A stretch of DNA of 64,000 nucleotides from a virus (taxonomy: Duplodnaviria > Caudoviricetes). The notes beneath the pieces are model-generated. The model was not told the DNA's origin, did not search any database, and was given only the letters and a program-made list of their open reading frames with translations. Both the position numbers and the translations under genes were made by a program. The DNA is taken from IMG/VR virus record IMGVR_UViG_3300037067_015585, positions 64,001 to 128,000 of that record, one strand, 5' to 3'. Numbering within the stretch: the stretch's first letter is position 1; each line of letters opens with the position of its first letter. Below are positions 47,561-59,023 of this stretch, piece by piece.

Positions 47561-48465
47561 TATTAGGTAGTGGAATCGTTGGTCTACTTGCTAAAGAGAT
47601 TTTGGGTAGTCAATGGCAAGTCATCCCATTCACACGCTCTCGTTTTTATAGCTTCCGCCCAGCGTTGGCTGATAATTTCATCATTAGAGATGAACGAATA
47701 GATGATTTGATTGCACATTTGGGTGGTAAAATATCATTTATATATAAAACATCATATTCGCTTGGCGGAAGTTTGTTGCCGCCAGACGATCTTATTATTA
47801 CTACGTGGTTGAATAAAGTATTCGGCATAGAAGTCCCAAATCAAGCCTTACCATGTATCAAATCGAGAGGTAATCACTTCATATATGATATTAAAGTAAA
47901 TCAACTATATCGTCAATTACAAAGCAAATACAACCAAAGTCTAGTAAACGATAGTAAAAGAGGCATGGTGTCAGAGATAGGAGATCATTATTTGGTCTGG
48001 GGAGGCCAAAGAATAGACTTCGATCATATGATTAGTACTGTCCAACTATCAAAATTGTTTGAATTAACTAAGCTACCGCACGACAAATTATCAACGGCAC
48101 AAATCTGGTATTATCATGTTGAAACAAACAGCCTAAACTTTGAAGGTGCTAATCAGGTGTTAGTAGCAGATGATATAATAGATTTTTTCAAGGTGAGTAA
48201 TATTGCTGAAAATCGCTACCTATTTTATTTTTCTCATGACATACCAATACCAGGTCCATATTTTATGCAGTTCATGCAGCAATTTGATTTGATTGATGGG
48301 ACAACAATTGCTGGTGCTATCCCAAAAGGACAAAGACCAAATCTAAATGCAATTGAAAAGCTTGGTATCGAGTGTATAGGTGCGATGGCTGAACACGATT
48401 ATTTCATGGATCTAGGTAGCTGTCTAGTGAAATTATTACGTCGCAAAACTGCGTTGACTACATAG
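47548..48465 (+). CDS. FAD-dependent oxidoreductase-fold protein
   Basis: N-terminal VILGSGIVG dinucleotide-binding motif; FDHMISTV; terminal IGAMAEHDYFMD. Confidence 0.65.
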   Translation: MHGVILGSGIVGLLAKEILGSQWQVIPFTRSRFYSFRPALADNFIIRDERIDDLIAHLGGKISFIYKTSYSLGGSLLPPDDLIITTWLNKVFGIEVPNQALPCIKSRGNHFIYDIKVNQLYRQLQSKYNQSLVNDSKRGMVSEIGDHYLVWGGQRIDFDHMISTVQLSKLFELTKLPHDKLSTAQIWYYHVETNSLNFEGANQVLVADDIIDFFKVSNIAENRYLFYFSHDIPIPGPYFMQFMQQFDLIDGTTIAGAIPKGQRPNLNAIEKLGIECIGAMAEHDYFMDLGSCLVKLLRRKTALTT

Positions 48466-48473
48466 ACTAGACA

Positions 48474-50057
48474 TTACAATTCCGCGTCAACTGTCCAATG
48501 CCATCGTGCAAGATTGCCAACCGTCAACACACCACTTGCACCATTGATTTGTGAAGCTCTTTGGCCAGAATAATCAGTGCCAGTTGCCGAGCGATCACCT
48601 ATCCACGTCATAGAAGTATTGACTTCTGCAAAACAATTTACTACACCATCGATCGAATAAATTGTTGGTTTGGTTGCTATTCTTTTCGTGGTCTTATACG
48701 TCATTGTTGGACACGATAATATATTAGTTGTTCCTGACGAACCGTTAAAGATCTGACTAAACTCTGCGCCAATTGATGTGCTTGTACCAGGTTTTACATC
48801 TAAATCATAGCTCTTCTCATAGTATCTCTGACATAATGCGAGTTCCTCGGCTGTTGGTCTTGGACTTCGAACACAGGAACCACCAATATGACAATCGGCG
48901 TTAAATATTGTTATTTCCATTCCTTGTACTACTGGTGATTCAGTCCAGAAAAAAACAATCAGGTTATTGCAAGAACTACTTATTGCAGATTTCAAAACAA
49001 CCGGCACATTAGTTCCAGGAGCAACATAGCCAACACCAGCCACAGTTATATTACTACTAAGAAAGAAATTGTTTGCTGCATATACAAAACTAGTCCAATC
49101 CTTGACAATATCACTAGTCACTGCGTCTGCAACACCAGTCCATTCAAGTATAGCATATCGCATATTTGAAGTAGACGTATTAGTTATCGACGCTTGTAGC
49201 GTAACAATCTGATTACGCAATGAAAAAGAATTGAATCCTTCGACTATCTGCAATAATCCCATTCTTTGAGCTGTTGTATTGGATTGTATCATCATTCCGC
49301 CGAACGGCCCTGGTAATGATGATGTTCCAGTATCAGGGTTCCATCTCATCGTCTGTATTGGGTTCGATTGCGTCAGTGATATCCATCGATCTAGACAATA
49401 GGAATCGTCTGCAGAAGTAAATGGCCTCGTGCCTGTGTTATTATTGCGTTGAAAGAAATCAAATCCACCATTTATTATTACGTTTCCACCGATTGATCCA
49501 CTATCTAAGCCTATAGGTCCTGTTGCACCGATAGCTCCAGTTACACCAATTACACCAGTAGCGCCAATATACCCAGTTGAACCTGTAGCTCCATTAACAC
49601 CATCTAAGCCTGATGCACCCAAGCCAGTGGCCCCGATTCCAGACGCACCTTGAACACCTGTTGCACCAGAAGCACCAGAGGCACCGCTAAAACCTGTAGC
49701 ACCGTTTGTTCCTGTAGATCCGGTCAAACCACTAGCACCTTGTGTGCCAGTAGCACCAGTAGCACCCGTAAGACCGCCAGATGGACCTGTAGCACCTCTG
49801 ATACCTGTAGCTCCTGTTGCTCCCGTGGGCCCTCCTGATGGTCCCGTTGCACCAGAAGCACCGGCACGGCCAGTGGGGCCAGTGGTGCCTTGTGTGCCAG
49901 AAAATACTCCTTCCGAACCGTCTTGAAATCGACAATGGACAGATACAGTAGATCCAGATGTAACAAACCACTCATAAACAGTATTATCTGGTGGATTGTC
50001 AAATTCTGATTCTGGTGGATTTGATAGCTGGATAACTCTGAGTTCTTTGAATTTCAT
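48474..50057 (-). CDS. Collagen-like tail fibre with a C-terminal carbohydrate-binding-type domain
   Basis: G-A-T repeats; [13 protein letters not shown]...[18 protein letters not shown] phage fibre signature. Confidence 0.8.
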   Translation of the reverse strand: MKFKELRVIQLSNPPESEFDNPPDNTVYEWFVTSGSTVSVHCRFQDGSEGVFSGTQGTTGPTGRAGASGATGPSGGPTGATGATGIRGATGPSGGLTGATGATGTQGASGLTGSTGTNGATGFSGASGASGATGVQGASGIGATGLGASGLDGVNGATGSTGYIGATGVIGVTGAIGATGPIGLDSGSIGGNVIINGGFDFFQRNNNTGTRPFTSADDSYCLDRWISLTQSNPIQTMRWNPDTGTSSLPGPFGGMMIQSNTTAQRMGLLQIVEGFNSFSLRNQIVTLQASITNTSTSNMRYAILEWTGVADAVTSDIVKDWTSFVYAANNFFLSSNITVAGVGYVAPGTNVPVVLKSAISSSCNNLIVFFWTESPVVQGMEITIFNADCHIGGSCVRSPRPTAEELALCQRYYEKSYDLDVKPGTSTSIGAEFSQIFNGSSGTTNILSCPTMTYKTTKRIATKPTIYSIDGVVNCFAEVNTSMTWIGDRSATGTDYSGQRASQINGASGVLTVGNLARWHWTVDAEL

Positions 50058-50117
50058 AATACACCAATTAACAAGTGATGTCTGTCTTTATTATGTTTGG
50101 CTGTATAAAATTACAAT

Positions 50118-53100
50118 CTATCTTGCATTAAACAACCAATATACATCAGTTGGTGTAACTACATCGGAGGCATTGCCACTTGATGCCCATATTTCAAAAT
50201 AATCATTCTTAACAACATTATTTAGATATATCGGTATTGCAAATGGGTAAGGTTGAGATGCCGTAGCAGTTCTGACAGAAAATGGGCTAATTATATTACC
50301 GGAGCCATTTTTCATCACTCCTATATTTATCGTTCTATTGGCTTGATTTACTGAAATATTACCAGTCAGCCATATGGTCGCATCTTTCTTGTGATCGCTC
50401 TGATATGTTATTCTATTATTTGTAATTGACACCTTACAAGTATAAAATGATGGAGTCACTACAACCGAAGCAGTGGTTGTTAATCCACTTATATTACATG
50501 TCACGGCGACCCAACCCTCTCCATCAGTCGTAAATTCTATTGTCCATTCTTTAGATGCAGTTATCTGTGTAACAGTACAAGCAGTGACATTACTTAAGTT
50601 ATTAATGGCCGTCTGAAAATTAGCTGCGGTTATACTATATGCGAGAGCTGCAGTTGTCTGGTCACCAACGGTAACTGTAAATGTCCCAGCAGTCGCAGCA
50701 CTATCAAAATTTATGTCTACCTTACTATTAAAGCCGTTAAGCTTATAGTAGGTGTTCGCTGCTGTCATTGTTGTTGTTATTGTGCTGTCTGTAGTATTAT
50801 TCTTGGCGTGTGGTGTATTGTCGGGATATCCAACATTTCCTATGATTTCGATGTTTGCATCTCTACCAGATGCCAACGTAAAGTCGAATCCACTAAGAAG
50901 AGTCCCAGTATTATTATATGTGCAGTTGTAAATATTAGTATCATCACCAGTTAAGTAATTTGTCCCGTCATATATAATTCCAGTTTGACCTGATGTTGTG
51001 TGCTCGAATACGATATGAGCAATATAAAACTCGCTTGTCGATCCAGTTTTTGTCAGTCCAATACCAGTAGTACAGTCAATAAAATTGCCGACCTCTATAT
51101 CTTGGCTAATTGTCGTTAAGCCTGTAGTCGTATTATTAATTGACACACCAACACTACATTTTTCAATATAGAAGTTAAATAAGAAAAATCCAACACCAAT
51201 CAGATCTGCTATTCCAATCTTAAAATTGTTTATCGTTAAATCTGTAAATTCTGAATATATGCCAGATGTTGTATCATATGTGATACAATTCTCACCAGCA
51301 GCTGTGCCATAGTTAGATAATGTCGATCCATCGAAATCTAACCTAAAGAAATCGCAACTACTCTGCAAGTTAAACATCGGCTTTCCTGTCAAGCCGGTTG
51401 CAGCTTGTAAAACTGTCCCTTCGCCTGGGCCTCTTATAATAAGATGATGTGATGAGTTATTAATTGTGATGGTGTCTGCTACTTGGTGTGTTCCGCAATC
51501 CAATAATATTTCTTTATCTGATGCTGCACTAGCATTAAACCAATCTACTGCTGCTTTTAAAGTCGCATAATCGCCTTTAGTCCCAACGACAATTCTGTTT
51601 GCGAAACTGCCTGGTCCTGTCGCTCCGGTTAAGCCTGTAGCACCTGTCGCTCCGGTTAAGCCTGTAGCACCTGTCGCTCCGGTTAAGCCTGTAGCACCTG
51701 TCGCTCCGGTTAAGCCTGTCGAACCAGTTGATCCTGTTAAACCGGTAGCACCGTTGATAGCCAATCCAGTGGCACCAGTAGCACCCATTGGGCCAGTAGA
51801 GCCAAATGTTGATGCTAAAGTTTCTAGTGCATCTTTTACTGTAGTTCCACTAACAGTCGAATCGTTTGCAACGTGACTTGCTGGTCTAAATATAAGTGCT
51901 GTTCCAGTTACAGAGCCACTAGCAATAAATGCTAAAGCTCCAAGAAGCGTAATCTTGCTGCCGCATACTACATTGCCATATGCGACACATCCGTTTATTA
52001 AATTCGGGTTTGTCGATGTACTACTACTGGCTGAGATATCAACAGATGGACCGCCGCCAGAATTTAACATCTGCGAATCTACCAACACAACAGTTCCGCC
52101 TGTTGTTATGATAATCGGGTCTGATGCACGAGATCCAGAAACCAACATTGAGTTTAATATTATCGATCCGGCCGTCTGGTTAATAGCTGGTGCATTCCCA
52201 GATGACGCAATTGTAGCAAGAAAAGATTGATACTTGCCAGATGAGTTCATTGTTAGTGGTGTAACGCCACTTGCTGTTCCTGCTATGTGAAAATTCCAGG
52301 CTTGTATAATTGCAGTACCAGCGACTATGACAGCACATGATGCAAAGCCGTCTTCCAGCATACAGTTTGCATTTATTGTAAATGTTTTGCTTGTGCCTGT
52401 CAATGTAAAATATCGCAAACTAACAACATTACCAGAAGTTATAGTCACATTACCAGATATTGGCAATCTATTCGCACCATAGCCTTCTAATGACACACCT
52501 GCTGGTAATGTCACATCTTCATTATATGATGAGGCGCAATAAGCTATTTTTATTAAACAACCATCGTCTGCAATAGCAGTAGCCGCACCAATTGATAAGA
52601 ATGGTCTATCTATAGATCCGTCTGGTGTATATGTGTCTGTTCTATTCTTATCAACATATAAAACTTTTGTTATTTGTGGTATGAATTCTGGTCCAATTGG
52701 TCCTGTCGCACCAGTTAAACCAGTGGTACCGGTTAAGCCTGTTGCACCACTAATACCAGTAGCACCAGTTAAGCCGATATCGCCCTGTAAACCAGTGGCA
52801 CCAGATGCACCTAATCCCGTTAAGCCAGTTGATCCAGTTAATCCCGTAGAGCCAGTTAATCCCGTAGAGCCAGTTGAGCCGGTCAATCCAGTAGCACCTG
52901 TGGCACCAGATGCTCCACTTATACCAGTAGAACCAGTGAGACCTGTTGCACCAGTAGCACCTGTCGGCGCAATAATATTGAATGTCGTATCAACATATGA
53001 TCCTCTTGTAGTACCTTGATATATAAATGTGACTGTCCTAGAGCCACTACCAGCTGTCGTATATGCAAGTACTCTTACTATTAGCCTATCAGTTGCAAGA

Positions 53101-54776
53101 ATCGCAGTATCGGTTGCAACTGTATTTTCTATTACGAATGTATTGGCGTTGCCAGAATTCCTGCCAGTAATTTCTGGGGTAGAAGACGACAACAATATTT
53201 GGTTAGTCGTTAAACCGTCAGCGGAGCGTGTCAAAACCTGATATTGTGCAAAGCAATTAACATTGTTAGCAAAAAAAGTTCCAGTAAATTTCCATACACC
53301 AGCGGGGACAATTAAACTATTTGGTATAACTACATCAGTTATAAAACCACCAAAAGGCACACCATTAGGATCAGCATTAGTAAGTCCAGTTATAGCAGCT
53401 TGTATTTCTGAACCAGATGCTGGCTTTATATTAAGTCTCTCGCCTTTAACAGTCAAAGTCGATGATACATTGCTTTCGTCGACTAGCGCATTATCAGTGG
53501 TTTGACACAATGTTATAGTTAAATCAGCAACAGATTCGATTGATACTATCTTATTGTTGTTGACTGTACCAGAGATCGTTAATCTTTGATGTGGTTGCCA
53601 CAAGTCAGTAATAAAACTGCCAGTTGTGCGCGTTATTGTCTTTGATGCAGAAACATACGACAATATGGCAGTTGTTGTAGGTTGGCTAAATGATTCGCCA
53701 GATGCCGCATCAAAATAAACACGCAATCCAGATGACACACCCTGTATACCAGTGGCACCGATTAGACCAGTGGCACCAGTGAACCCAGTAGCACCGTCAA
53801 TTTCAGCACCAGTAGCACCTGTTGGACCGGTAGCACCAGCAGTACCTGCTTGACCTGTAGCACCAGTAGCACCAGCAATACCAGCAACACCCGTTGCACC
53901 AGACGCACCGCTACCAATACCAGTTGCACCAACTAAACCGCTTGCACCTTGTATTCCAGTTGCACCATCAATACCGATACCTGTTGCACCAATTAATCCT
54001 GTCGCACCGATGCCTGTTGAGCCAGCTGGACCTGTGGCACCAGTAAGACCTGTTAGCCCTACATCACCAGATGCACCGCTAATACCAGAAGCGCCATTAA
54101 CCCCTGTAGATCCATTAATTCCATTTATACCAGAAGAACCATCAATTCCTATAGGACCAGTAGTACCAATATCGCCCCGAACACCAGTAGCACCAGTTAA
54201 GCCAGATGCACCTTGAACTCCAACAACACCGGTGGCACCGCCGATACCTTGGATGCCGGTTGCACCGCCAGCTCCTGTTACTCCAGTTGCACCTTGGACA
54301 CCTGTGGCACCAGTGAATCCAGTAGCACCGTCAATTTCAGCACCAGTAGCACCTGTTGGACCGGTAGCACCAGCAGAGCCAGTTGCACCAGGTGTACCAC
54401 TACCAACACCTGTTGCACCAGCTAAACCACTTGCACCCTGTATTCCAGTCGCACCCGTAGCACCAGCGGCACCAGCACCAGTGGCACCGGATACGCCAGA
54501 AGTAAACCATTCAATATAACTCTGTAGCTTATCGCCCTTTTGAATATTAGTTAAGATATTAAGGTATTCATCGGGAATATTAAGATCTAGTTCTTGAGTA
54601 TCTTCGTTGAATTTAGTTTCGAACTCATAGGTCGAATCGTCACAAATAGCGATTCGGCCTATCAAATTATGCAGAATAATATCTGATGCTTTGCTTGGTA
54701 TTGTAGATGACGAATCAGATGGATTAACAATCCTACATCCTCGCCCATGCGGAAGTGGAATATTGTAGTTACTCAT
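50118..54776 (-). CDS. Large collagen-like fibre / adhesin with beta-helix-like domains
   Basis: Three Gly-X-Y blocks; LYVD...[14 protein letters not shown] and [11 protein letters not shown] beta-helix cap motifs. Confidence 0.8.
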   Translation of the reverse strand: MSNYNIPLPHGRGCRIVNPSDSSSTIPSKASDIILHNLIGRIAICDDSTYEFETKFNEDTQELDLNIPDEYLNILTNIQKGDKLQSYIEWFTSGVSGATGAGAAGATGATGIQGASGLAGATGVGSGTPGATGSAGATGPTGATGAEIDGATGFTGATGVQGATGVTGAGGATGIQGIGGATGVVGVQGASGLTGATGVRGDIGTTGPIGIDGSSGINGINGSTGVNGASGISGASGDVGLTGLTGATGPAGSTGIGATGLIGATGIGIDGATGIQGASGLVGATGIGSGASGATGVAGIAGATGATGQAGTAGATGPTGATGAEIDGATGFTGATGLIGATGIQGVSSGLRVYFDAASGESFSQPTTTAILSYVSASKTITRTTGSFITDLWQPHQRLTISGTVNNNKIVSIESVADLTITLCQTTDNALVDESNVSSTLTVKGERLNIKPASGSEIQAAITGLTNADPNGVPFGGFITDVVIPNSLIVPAGVWKFTGTFFANNVNCFAQYQVLTRSADGLTTNQILLSSSTPEITGRNSGNANTFVIENTVATDTAILATDRLIVRVLAYTTAGSGSRTVTFIYQGTTRGSYVDTTFNIIAPTGATGATGLTGSTGISGASGATGATGLTGSTGSTGLTGSTGLTGSTGLTGLGASGATGLQGDIGLTGATGISGATGLTGTTGLTGATGPIGPEFIPQITKVLYVDKNRTDTYTPDGSIDRPFLSIGAATAIADDGCLIKIAYCASSYNEDVTLPAGVSLEGYGANRLPISGNVTITSGNVVSLRYFTLTGTSKTFTINANCMLEDGFASCAVIVAGTAIIQAWNFHIAGTASGVTPLTMNSSGKYQSFLATIASSGNAPAINQTAGSIILNSMLVSGSRASDPIIITTGGTVVLVDSQMLNSGGGPSVDISASSSTSTNPNLINGCVAYGNVVCGSKITLLGALAFIASGSVTGTALIFRPASHVANDSTVSGTTVKDALETLASTFGSTGPMGATGATGLAINGATGLTGSTGSTGLTGATGATGLTGATGATGLTGATGATGLTGATGPGSFANRIVVGTKGDYATLKAAVDWFNASAASDKEILLDCGTHQVADTITINNSSHHLIIRGPGEGTVLQAATGLTGKPMFNLQSSCDFFRLDFDGSTLSNYGTAAGENCITYDTTSGIYSEFTDLTINNFKIGIADLIGVGFFLFNFYIEKCSVGVSINNTTTGLTTISQDIEVGNFIDCTTGIGLTKTGSTSEFYIAHIVFEHTTSGQTGIIYDGTNYLTGDDTNIYNCTYNNTGTLLSGFDFTLASGRDANIEIIGNVGYPDNTPHAKNNTTDSTITTTMTAANTYYKLNGFNSKVDINFDSAATAGTFTVTVGDQTTAALAYSITAANFQTAINNLSNVTACTVTQITASKEWTIEFTTDGEGWVAVTCNISGLTTTASVVVTPSFYTCKVSITNNRITYQSDHKKDATIWLTGNISVNQANRTINIGVMKNGSGNIISPFSVRTATASQPYPFAIPIYLNNVVKNDYFEIWASSGNASDVVTPTDVYWLFNAR
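51616..51719. repeat. Perfect 27-bp tandem repeat (about 3.9 copies)
   Basis: cctgtcgctccggttaagcctgtagca repeated; encodes ATGLTGATG. Confidence 0.95.
53770..54376. repeat. 73-bp direct repeat pair (53770-53842 and 54304-54376) in the collagen block
   Basis: Identical except for one base; both encode [24 protein letters not shown]. Confidence 0.9.
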
Positions 54777-55182
54777 TTATGCTCTGCGCAATTTCTTGTA
54801 TGTCTTCTGCTATACGAATCGCTTGTCCGTACGTCTTTACGCCTTGCTGCCATGTACGCTGTGTACTCTCAATCTTAGCTGGTGTTCCGGCGTTATGTGA
54901 TATGAAATTAGAGATAGATGACATTAGACGTTCAGATATTTCTTGCTCGGCACCAGCACCAGCAAATGGTCCAATAAATATATAATCTTCCATAATTGTA
55001 GCAGCACTAGCTTTGCCGCCTACAATTTTACATAATATTACTCTATTTCCGCCTGAGAGTTGCACACTTAATCCGACCTTATTAAAATCTTCTTCGAGTG
55101 AAAATAGGGTGTCGAAATATACTACATCATTGACTTTACGTAATAATGCATTAGCCCTGATTTTAGTTATACTACAAGTCAT
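54769..55182 (-). CDS. Hypothetical protein
   Basis: Likely start MTCSITK with AGGTG SD; CAAAAATA motif upstream. Confidence 0.7.
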   Translation of the reverse strand: MTCSITKIRANALLRKVNDVVYFDTLFSLEEDFNKVGLSVQLSGGNRVILCKIVGGKASAATIMEDYIFIGPFAGAGAEQEISERLMSSISNFISHNAGTPAKIESTQRTWQQGVKTYGQAIRIAEDIQEIAQSINE

Positions 55183-55309
55183 ATCTGCACCTGCATGCAT
55201 TATTTTTGCATTGTTTTAGAAACCAACAATTAAAGTTTTATCCGACTATATATATCTAGAATAATAGAAAACTCTAATTGGTGCAGCCGATAGTCAGAAA
55301 GACTAAGAA

Positions 55310-58117
55310 TTATTCGGCGTCAGATTGTAATTTTTGCCAGGCTGTTTTAGTCCAGAGTGGTTCAATAATAGTCCCTCTCTGCAGGACAAAACTATTGCGA
55401 TCCTTATCGTAATCAACTCTTATCCTAATACCCTTATCAACCTGAAAATTTTTCTTATGTTGATTTCTAATATCTTGTTCCCAAACTAATATCAAGCATT
55501 CTTTTTTGCCATCTGATACAATCATCCGAAGCATATCAGAGCCTCTCTTAGTCTTAGCTTCAGTGACTGATACTATGACACCCTCTAGACATTCATTTAT
55601 TTTAGATTTATCGACAGTGTGATCGCCACTCGTCCGGTATAAATCAATTGGTGAATGCCAGTGGTACCCGAGAAATTCTTTTTCGAATCTTAAAGTCTGG
55701 CTGAATGAATAATCTTCTGGATATAGTGATGATATATTATCATACGTAGCCTTAACAGTAGGACGAAAATTTAATATCTTCGCTGGTATCTTCCTTTTAG
55801 GATAATGCTTCTTATGCTCAGCAGCCTGCCGATCAATTTCTGCTTTGATTGTTTCTTCTGTCCAATTAGCCTTCTTCATAAGGCATCGTATGTGGTAGTT
55901 CTTCAGAATCTTAATTGGATAGCTAAATTCTTTTAATTTTGGTTTAGTTTCTAGTTGCTTCGCTTTATCCTCGGCGATCTCCTTTTGTGCTTGCTCGTCA
56001 GCATTTTTAAATTCAAAATCTTCAACAGATCCAACACCATGCTCATGGAGGTACCACATCCACGTAGCTCTTTTATTTGGATGTAGCTTTTCGAATGCAC
56101 CAAGCTTAATGAGGCGTTCGAAAAGAATTTTACTTTTACCTTTCTTTGCAATGAAGTCGCTTATATCTGTGTATTCGTTTCCACCAACTTTATCGACAAA
56201 TACAGCTGCTGCTTTCTCCCCTACCTTCTTTAAACTCGTCAACCCAAGTGTTATGTATTTTTCCACACCATGTCCAGCATGTGCTGATGGGTGTAGTGTA
56301 AGTTTCGAAATATCGATTGCACCAAATGTGATGCCTTCACCACGTGCCGCAGCCATATAACGCTCTAATGCTTTTTGATCGCATGTGCCCATTACGCTAG
56401 CCCACCATTCTTCTGCATAATGTGCTTTAAGCCATAGACAGCGATAAGCCCACAAACAATAGCAAATTGCATGGCTAGCATTAAATGCATACCGGCCAAA
56501 CGTCTCCATCTTATCCCAATATTCGAGCGCCTTAGAATTACCTATTTTAGCACTTGCACCAGTAATCCAATGCTCTCTAACAGGTTTTAATTTTTCCTTC
56601 CATTTCTTCGCCACAGCTTTTCTTGCATCTTGTGATTCTGGACCAGTAAATCCAGCGATGCTTTGCCAAATAGAAGTCAGCTGCTCTTGGAAAACTATAA
56701 CACCACTAGTTGGCTCAAGGATTTTTACTATATCCTCATGCTCACCCTTCGCCCAGCTATTACTAGCGTCATCTCGGTTTTTTACATAATCTGGTATACT
56801 CTGCATCGGCCCAGGGTGGCCCATAGCGTTAAAAATTAGCAAGTCGTGGAAACTCTTGACGCCGTTTGATAACGTTCTCTTCGCAAGATCGGTATCAAAT
56901 TGAAAGATGCTATCGGTTAAAGTGTCATTTGCTAATTTTAATGCGGCTGCATCATCTAATGATATTGCAGTTTTAATACCGTCTTTCCAGTAATACCCGG
57001 CAATTTTATCAATTTGATCTGATTCATCCCAGCCTTGTAATTGATCACCAAATGACACGTCGTGATTTTCCCTGATCATTTCACAACATGTTTTAATATA
57101 TGACAGATTCTTCAGACCAAGCATATCCCATTTTAAATAGCCGAACTTTGATAATTGAGTGCTACGTCCCTCCGTCCAAACACTAACCCACTGACCAGTT
57201 TTGGAATCAAGTTGCATTGGCACATTGCCAAATAAATCGCGATCTGCGATAATAATGCCACCAGCATGCTTACCAGCGTGTTTGAGGCGACCAACTAATC
57301 GAACAGCTACGTCGATAACATGTTGATGTTGCTCTGGGTTCTCATCGATGAATTTTCTTATTTCAGGATGATCCCTCATTATCATTGCGATCGTTGGTGT
57401 ATCAGTATCGCCGCCATTACATTTGGGACATTGCAACCCCTTATGCCTAACTCCACATTCATGTTCTGGGCCATCGCCATCTCTTACACGCCCCTTGCAT
57501 GTGCCATATCCACCCTCACGCATTTCATTAACGTCGTCTGGTAGAAGCTTCGTTAATTCGATCGCTCTATTTCTGGCACCGCCATGTTGACTACCACCTT
57601 CGAGCTTAACTAAATCAAGTGCAGTGTAAGCATCGGCGATAGCTTGTTTAAATAAAAATGCTTGCCAAGTTCCAACACTAGCAACATTCTTTATACCATA
57701 ACGCTTTGCAGCATAATCTTTAATTTGATTTCTAGCTTCAGGAAGACAGTCAATATCAATATCTGGTTTGTCGTCATCCTGACGTATATCTACTGGTAAT
57801 TTACCAGTTTGCTTTAAAACTTCTTGAATGTCATCATACTTTGCACTAAGCATTAGTGGCCCATCACGATGCGCTATTGGGTCAACGTCAGCATCACCAG
57901 TAAAACGCTTTAGTAGCCACGGTAATAAAAGTTGATTGACATTTTTGTCATACTTTCGGCCACTATCCATCAAATCTTCATAATACCTTTGTGCACCCTG
58001 CATTCGAACTTGGTCTATTTCAAAATCTAATCGCTTAGTATAGATCTCTGGCAGATTTAGTCTTTTAATCTGACCATATGCTAATTTTTCAATAGTGTCG
58101 AAACTATACTTTCCCAT
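55310..58117 (-). CDS. dnaE: DNA polymerase III alpha subunit, catalytic (C-terminal) part
   Basis: KPDIDID, GKHAGGIII, KWDMLGLKNL, IFQF, VIVFQEQ, YAFNASHAICY, WLKAHY, FEKEFLGY and an OB-fold tail. Confidence 0.95.
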   Translation of the reverse strand: MGKYSFDTIEKLAYGQIKRLNLPEIYTKRLDFEIDQVRMQGAQRYYEDLMDSGRKYDKNVNQLLLPWLLKRFTGDADVDPIAHRDGPLMLSAKYDDIQEVLKQTGKLPVDIRQDDDKPDIDIDCLPEARNQIKDYAAKRYGIKNVASVGTWQAFLFKQAIADAYTALDLVKLEGGSQHGGARNRAIELTKLLPDDVNEMREGGYGTCKGRVRDGDGPEHECGVRHKGLQCPKCNGGDTDTPTIAMIMRDHPEIRKFIDENPEQHQHVIDVAVRLVGRLKHAGKHAGGIIIADRDLFGNVPMQLDSKTGQWVSVWTEGRSTQLSKFGYLKWDMLGLKNLSYIKTCCEMIRENHDVSFGDQLQGWDESDQIDKIAGYYWKDGIKTAISLDDAAALKLANDTLTDSIFQFDTDLAKRTLSNGVKSFHDLLIFNAMGHPGPMQSIPDYVKNRDDASNSWAKGEHEDIVKILEPTSGVIVFQEQLTSIWQSIAGFTGPESQDARKAVAKKWKEKLKPVREHWITGASAKIGNSKALEYWDKMETFGRYAFNASHAICYCLWAYRCLWLKAHYAEEWWASVMGTCDQKALERYMAAARGEGITFGAIDISKLTLHPSAHAGHGVEKYITLGLTSLKKVGEKAAAVFVDKVGGNEYTDISDFIAKKGKSKILFERLIKLGAFEKLHPNKRATWMWYLHEHGVGSVEDFEFKNADEQAQKEIAEDKAKQLETKPKLKEFSYPIKILKNYHIRCLMKKANWTEETIKAEIDRQAAEHKKHYPKRKIPAKILNFRPTVKATYDNISSLYPEDYSFSQTLRFEKEFLGYHWHSPIDLYRTSGDHTVDKSKINECLEGVIVSVTEAKTKRGSDMLRMIVSDGKKECLILVWEQDIRNQHKKNFQVDKGIRIRVDYDKDRNSFVLQRGTIIEPLWTKTAWQKLQSDAE

Positions 58118-58130
58118 AATGCCTTCTCAA

Positions 58131-58592
58131 TTACAATGCAATCGTGCCGCTATCGCTAGCGATACCAGTATTCACCACTGTCTTAGCTATGTCCATGGTC
58201 TGTTGCAATTGCTCTTTTGAACCGACTTGAACAATAAGATTTTCAAATAGTGATGCCTTTTCACGCAAGCGGCGGATAAGTTCCATGTTTTTCTTCGGAT
58301 TTATCTTAAAGCTTGTATCATCGCGTTCTAAAAGCTGCGAAACATAAGCTGACGCGAAAAGCTCAATTGACATTTTCCTGAATACTGTAGTTGCCTTAAT
58401 AGCCATCAACCCAAGCATAGCTGCCTTTATGTCGCATTGTGGTCCTGTGCTATTACCAACAGGCTCGCCTATTACTCTGATCGATATGCGGTTATAATCA
58501 TCGACATATTGTAATCTAGCCGCACACGCACCTTGTTGTGTCGGTTTACCATTGTCGATATTGAACCCGCAAGCAAATATTGAAATTTTCAT
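58131..58592 (-). CDS. RNase HI-fold protein, apparently lacking the catalytic acids
   Basis: ISIFACG...GACAARL...STGPQCDIKAAMLGL...KKNMELIRRL follows RNase HI topology. Confidence 0.55.
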   Translation of the reverse strand: MKISIFACGFNIDNGKPTQQGACAARLQYVDDYNRISIRVIGEPVGNSTGPQCDIKAAMLGLMAIKATTVFRKMSIELFASAYVSQLLERDDTSFKINPKKNMELIRRLREKASLFENLIVQVGSKEQLQQTMDIAKTVVNTGIASDSGTIAL

Positions 58593-59023
58593 TATAATTT
58601 CTTTCCTTTTCCATCATAAAGCTGTGGATATTCTTGCTTTGTAATCTCACGCAAGCCGCTAATAGCTATACCCAACACCTTAAAGAATACAGAGCAACGA
58701 TCTCGTGGACCAAGCGTTTTAACAACTTCCATGCAATCATTTATGCCATGTAGACAGATTATGGACTCTGGTGTTAACGCTTGCAATCTGTCCATTATAC
58801 CAAGGACCGCAGCCTCTAAGGTAATTGATGCTAATTTGTATATGTTTTCAGTTTGAAATTCATCACCAGGAGGCAGTTGTCCAATAATATCAATTAGATG
58901 GCTACATAACGATCCAAGAAGCGGACATGGCTCTCCAAGTAGCAATAAATAATCACCCATTGCGGCGTGTAATGATCGCGTAGCTTCAAAAAATAATTCT
59001 TTTTCAGTTGGCATATTAATCAA
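58592..59023 (-). CDS. Hypothetical helical protein
   Basis: Coupled to both neighbours. Confidence 0.65.
   Translation of the reverse strand: MINMPTEKELFFEATRSLHAAMGDYLLLLGEPCPLLGSLCSHLIDIIGQLPPGDEFQTENIYKLASITLEAAVLGIMDRLQALTPESIICLHGINDCMEVVKTLGPRDRCSVFFKVLGIAISGLREITKQEYPQLYDGKGKKL

Noticed and set aside
49650-54519. Several PVAPV-rich plus-strand ORFs
   Set aside because: Antisense of Gly-X-Y collagen codons
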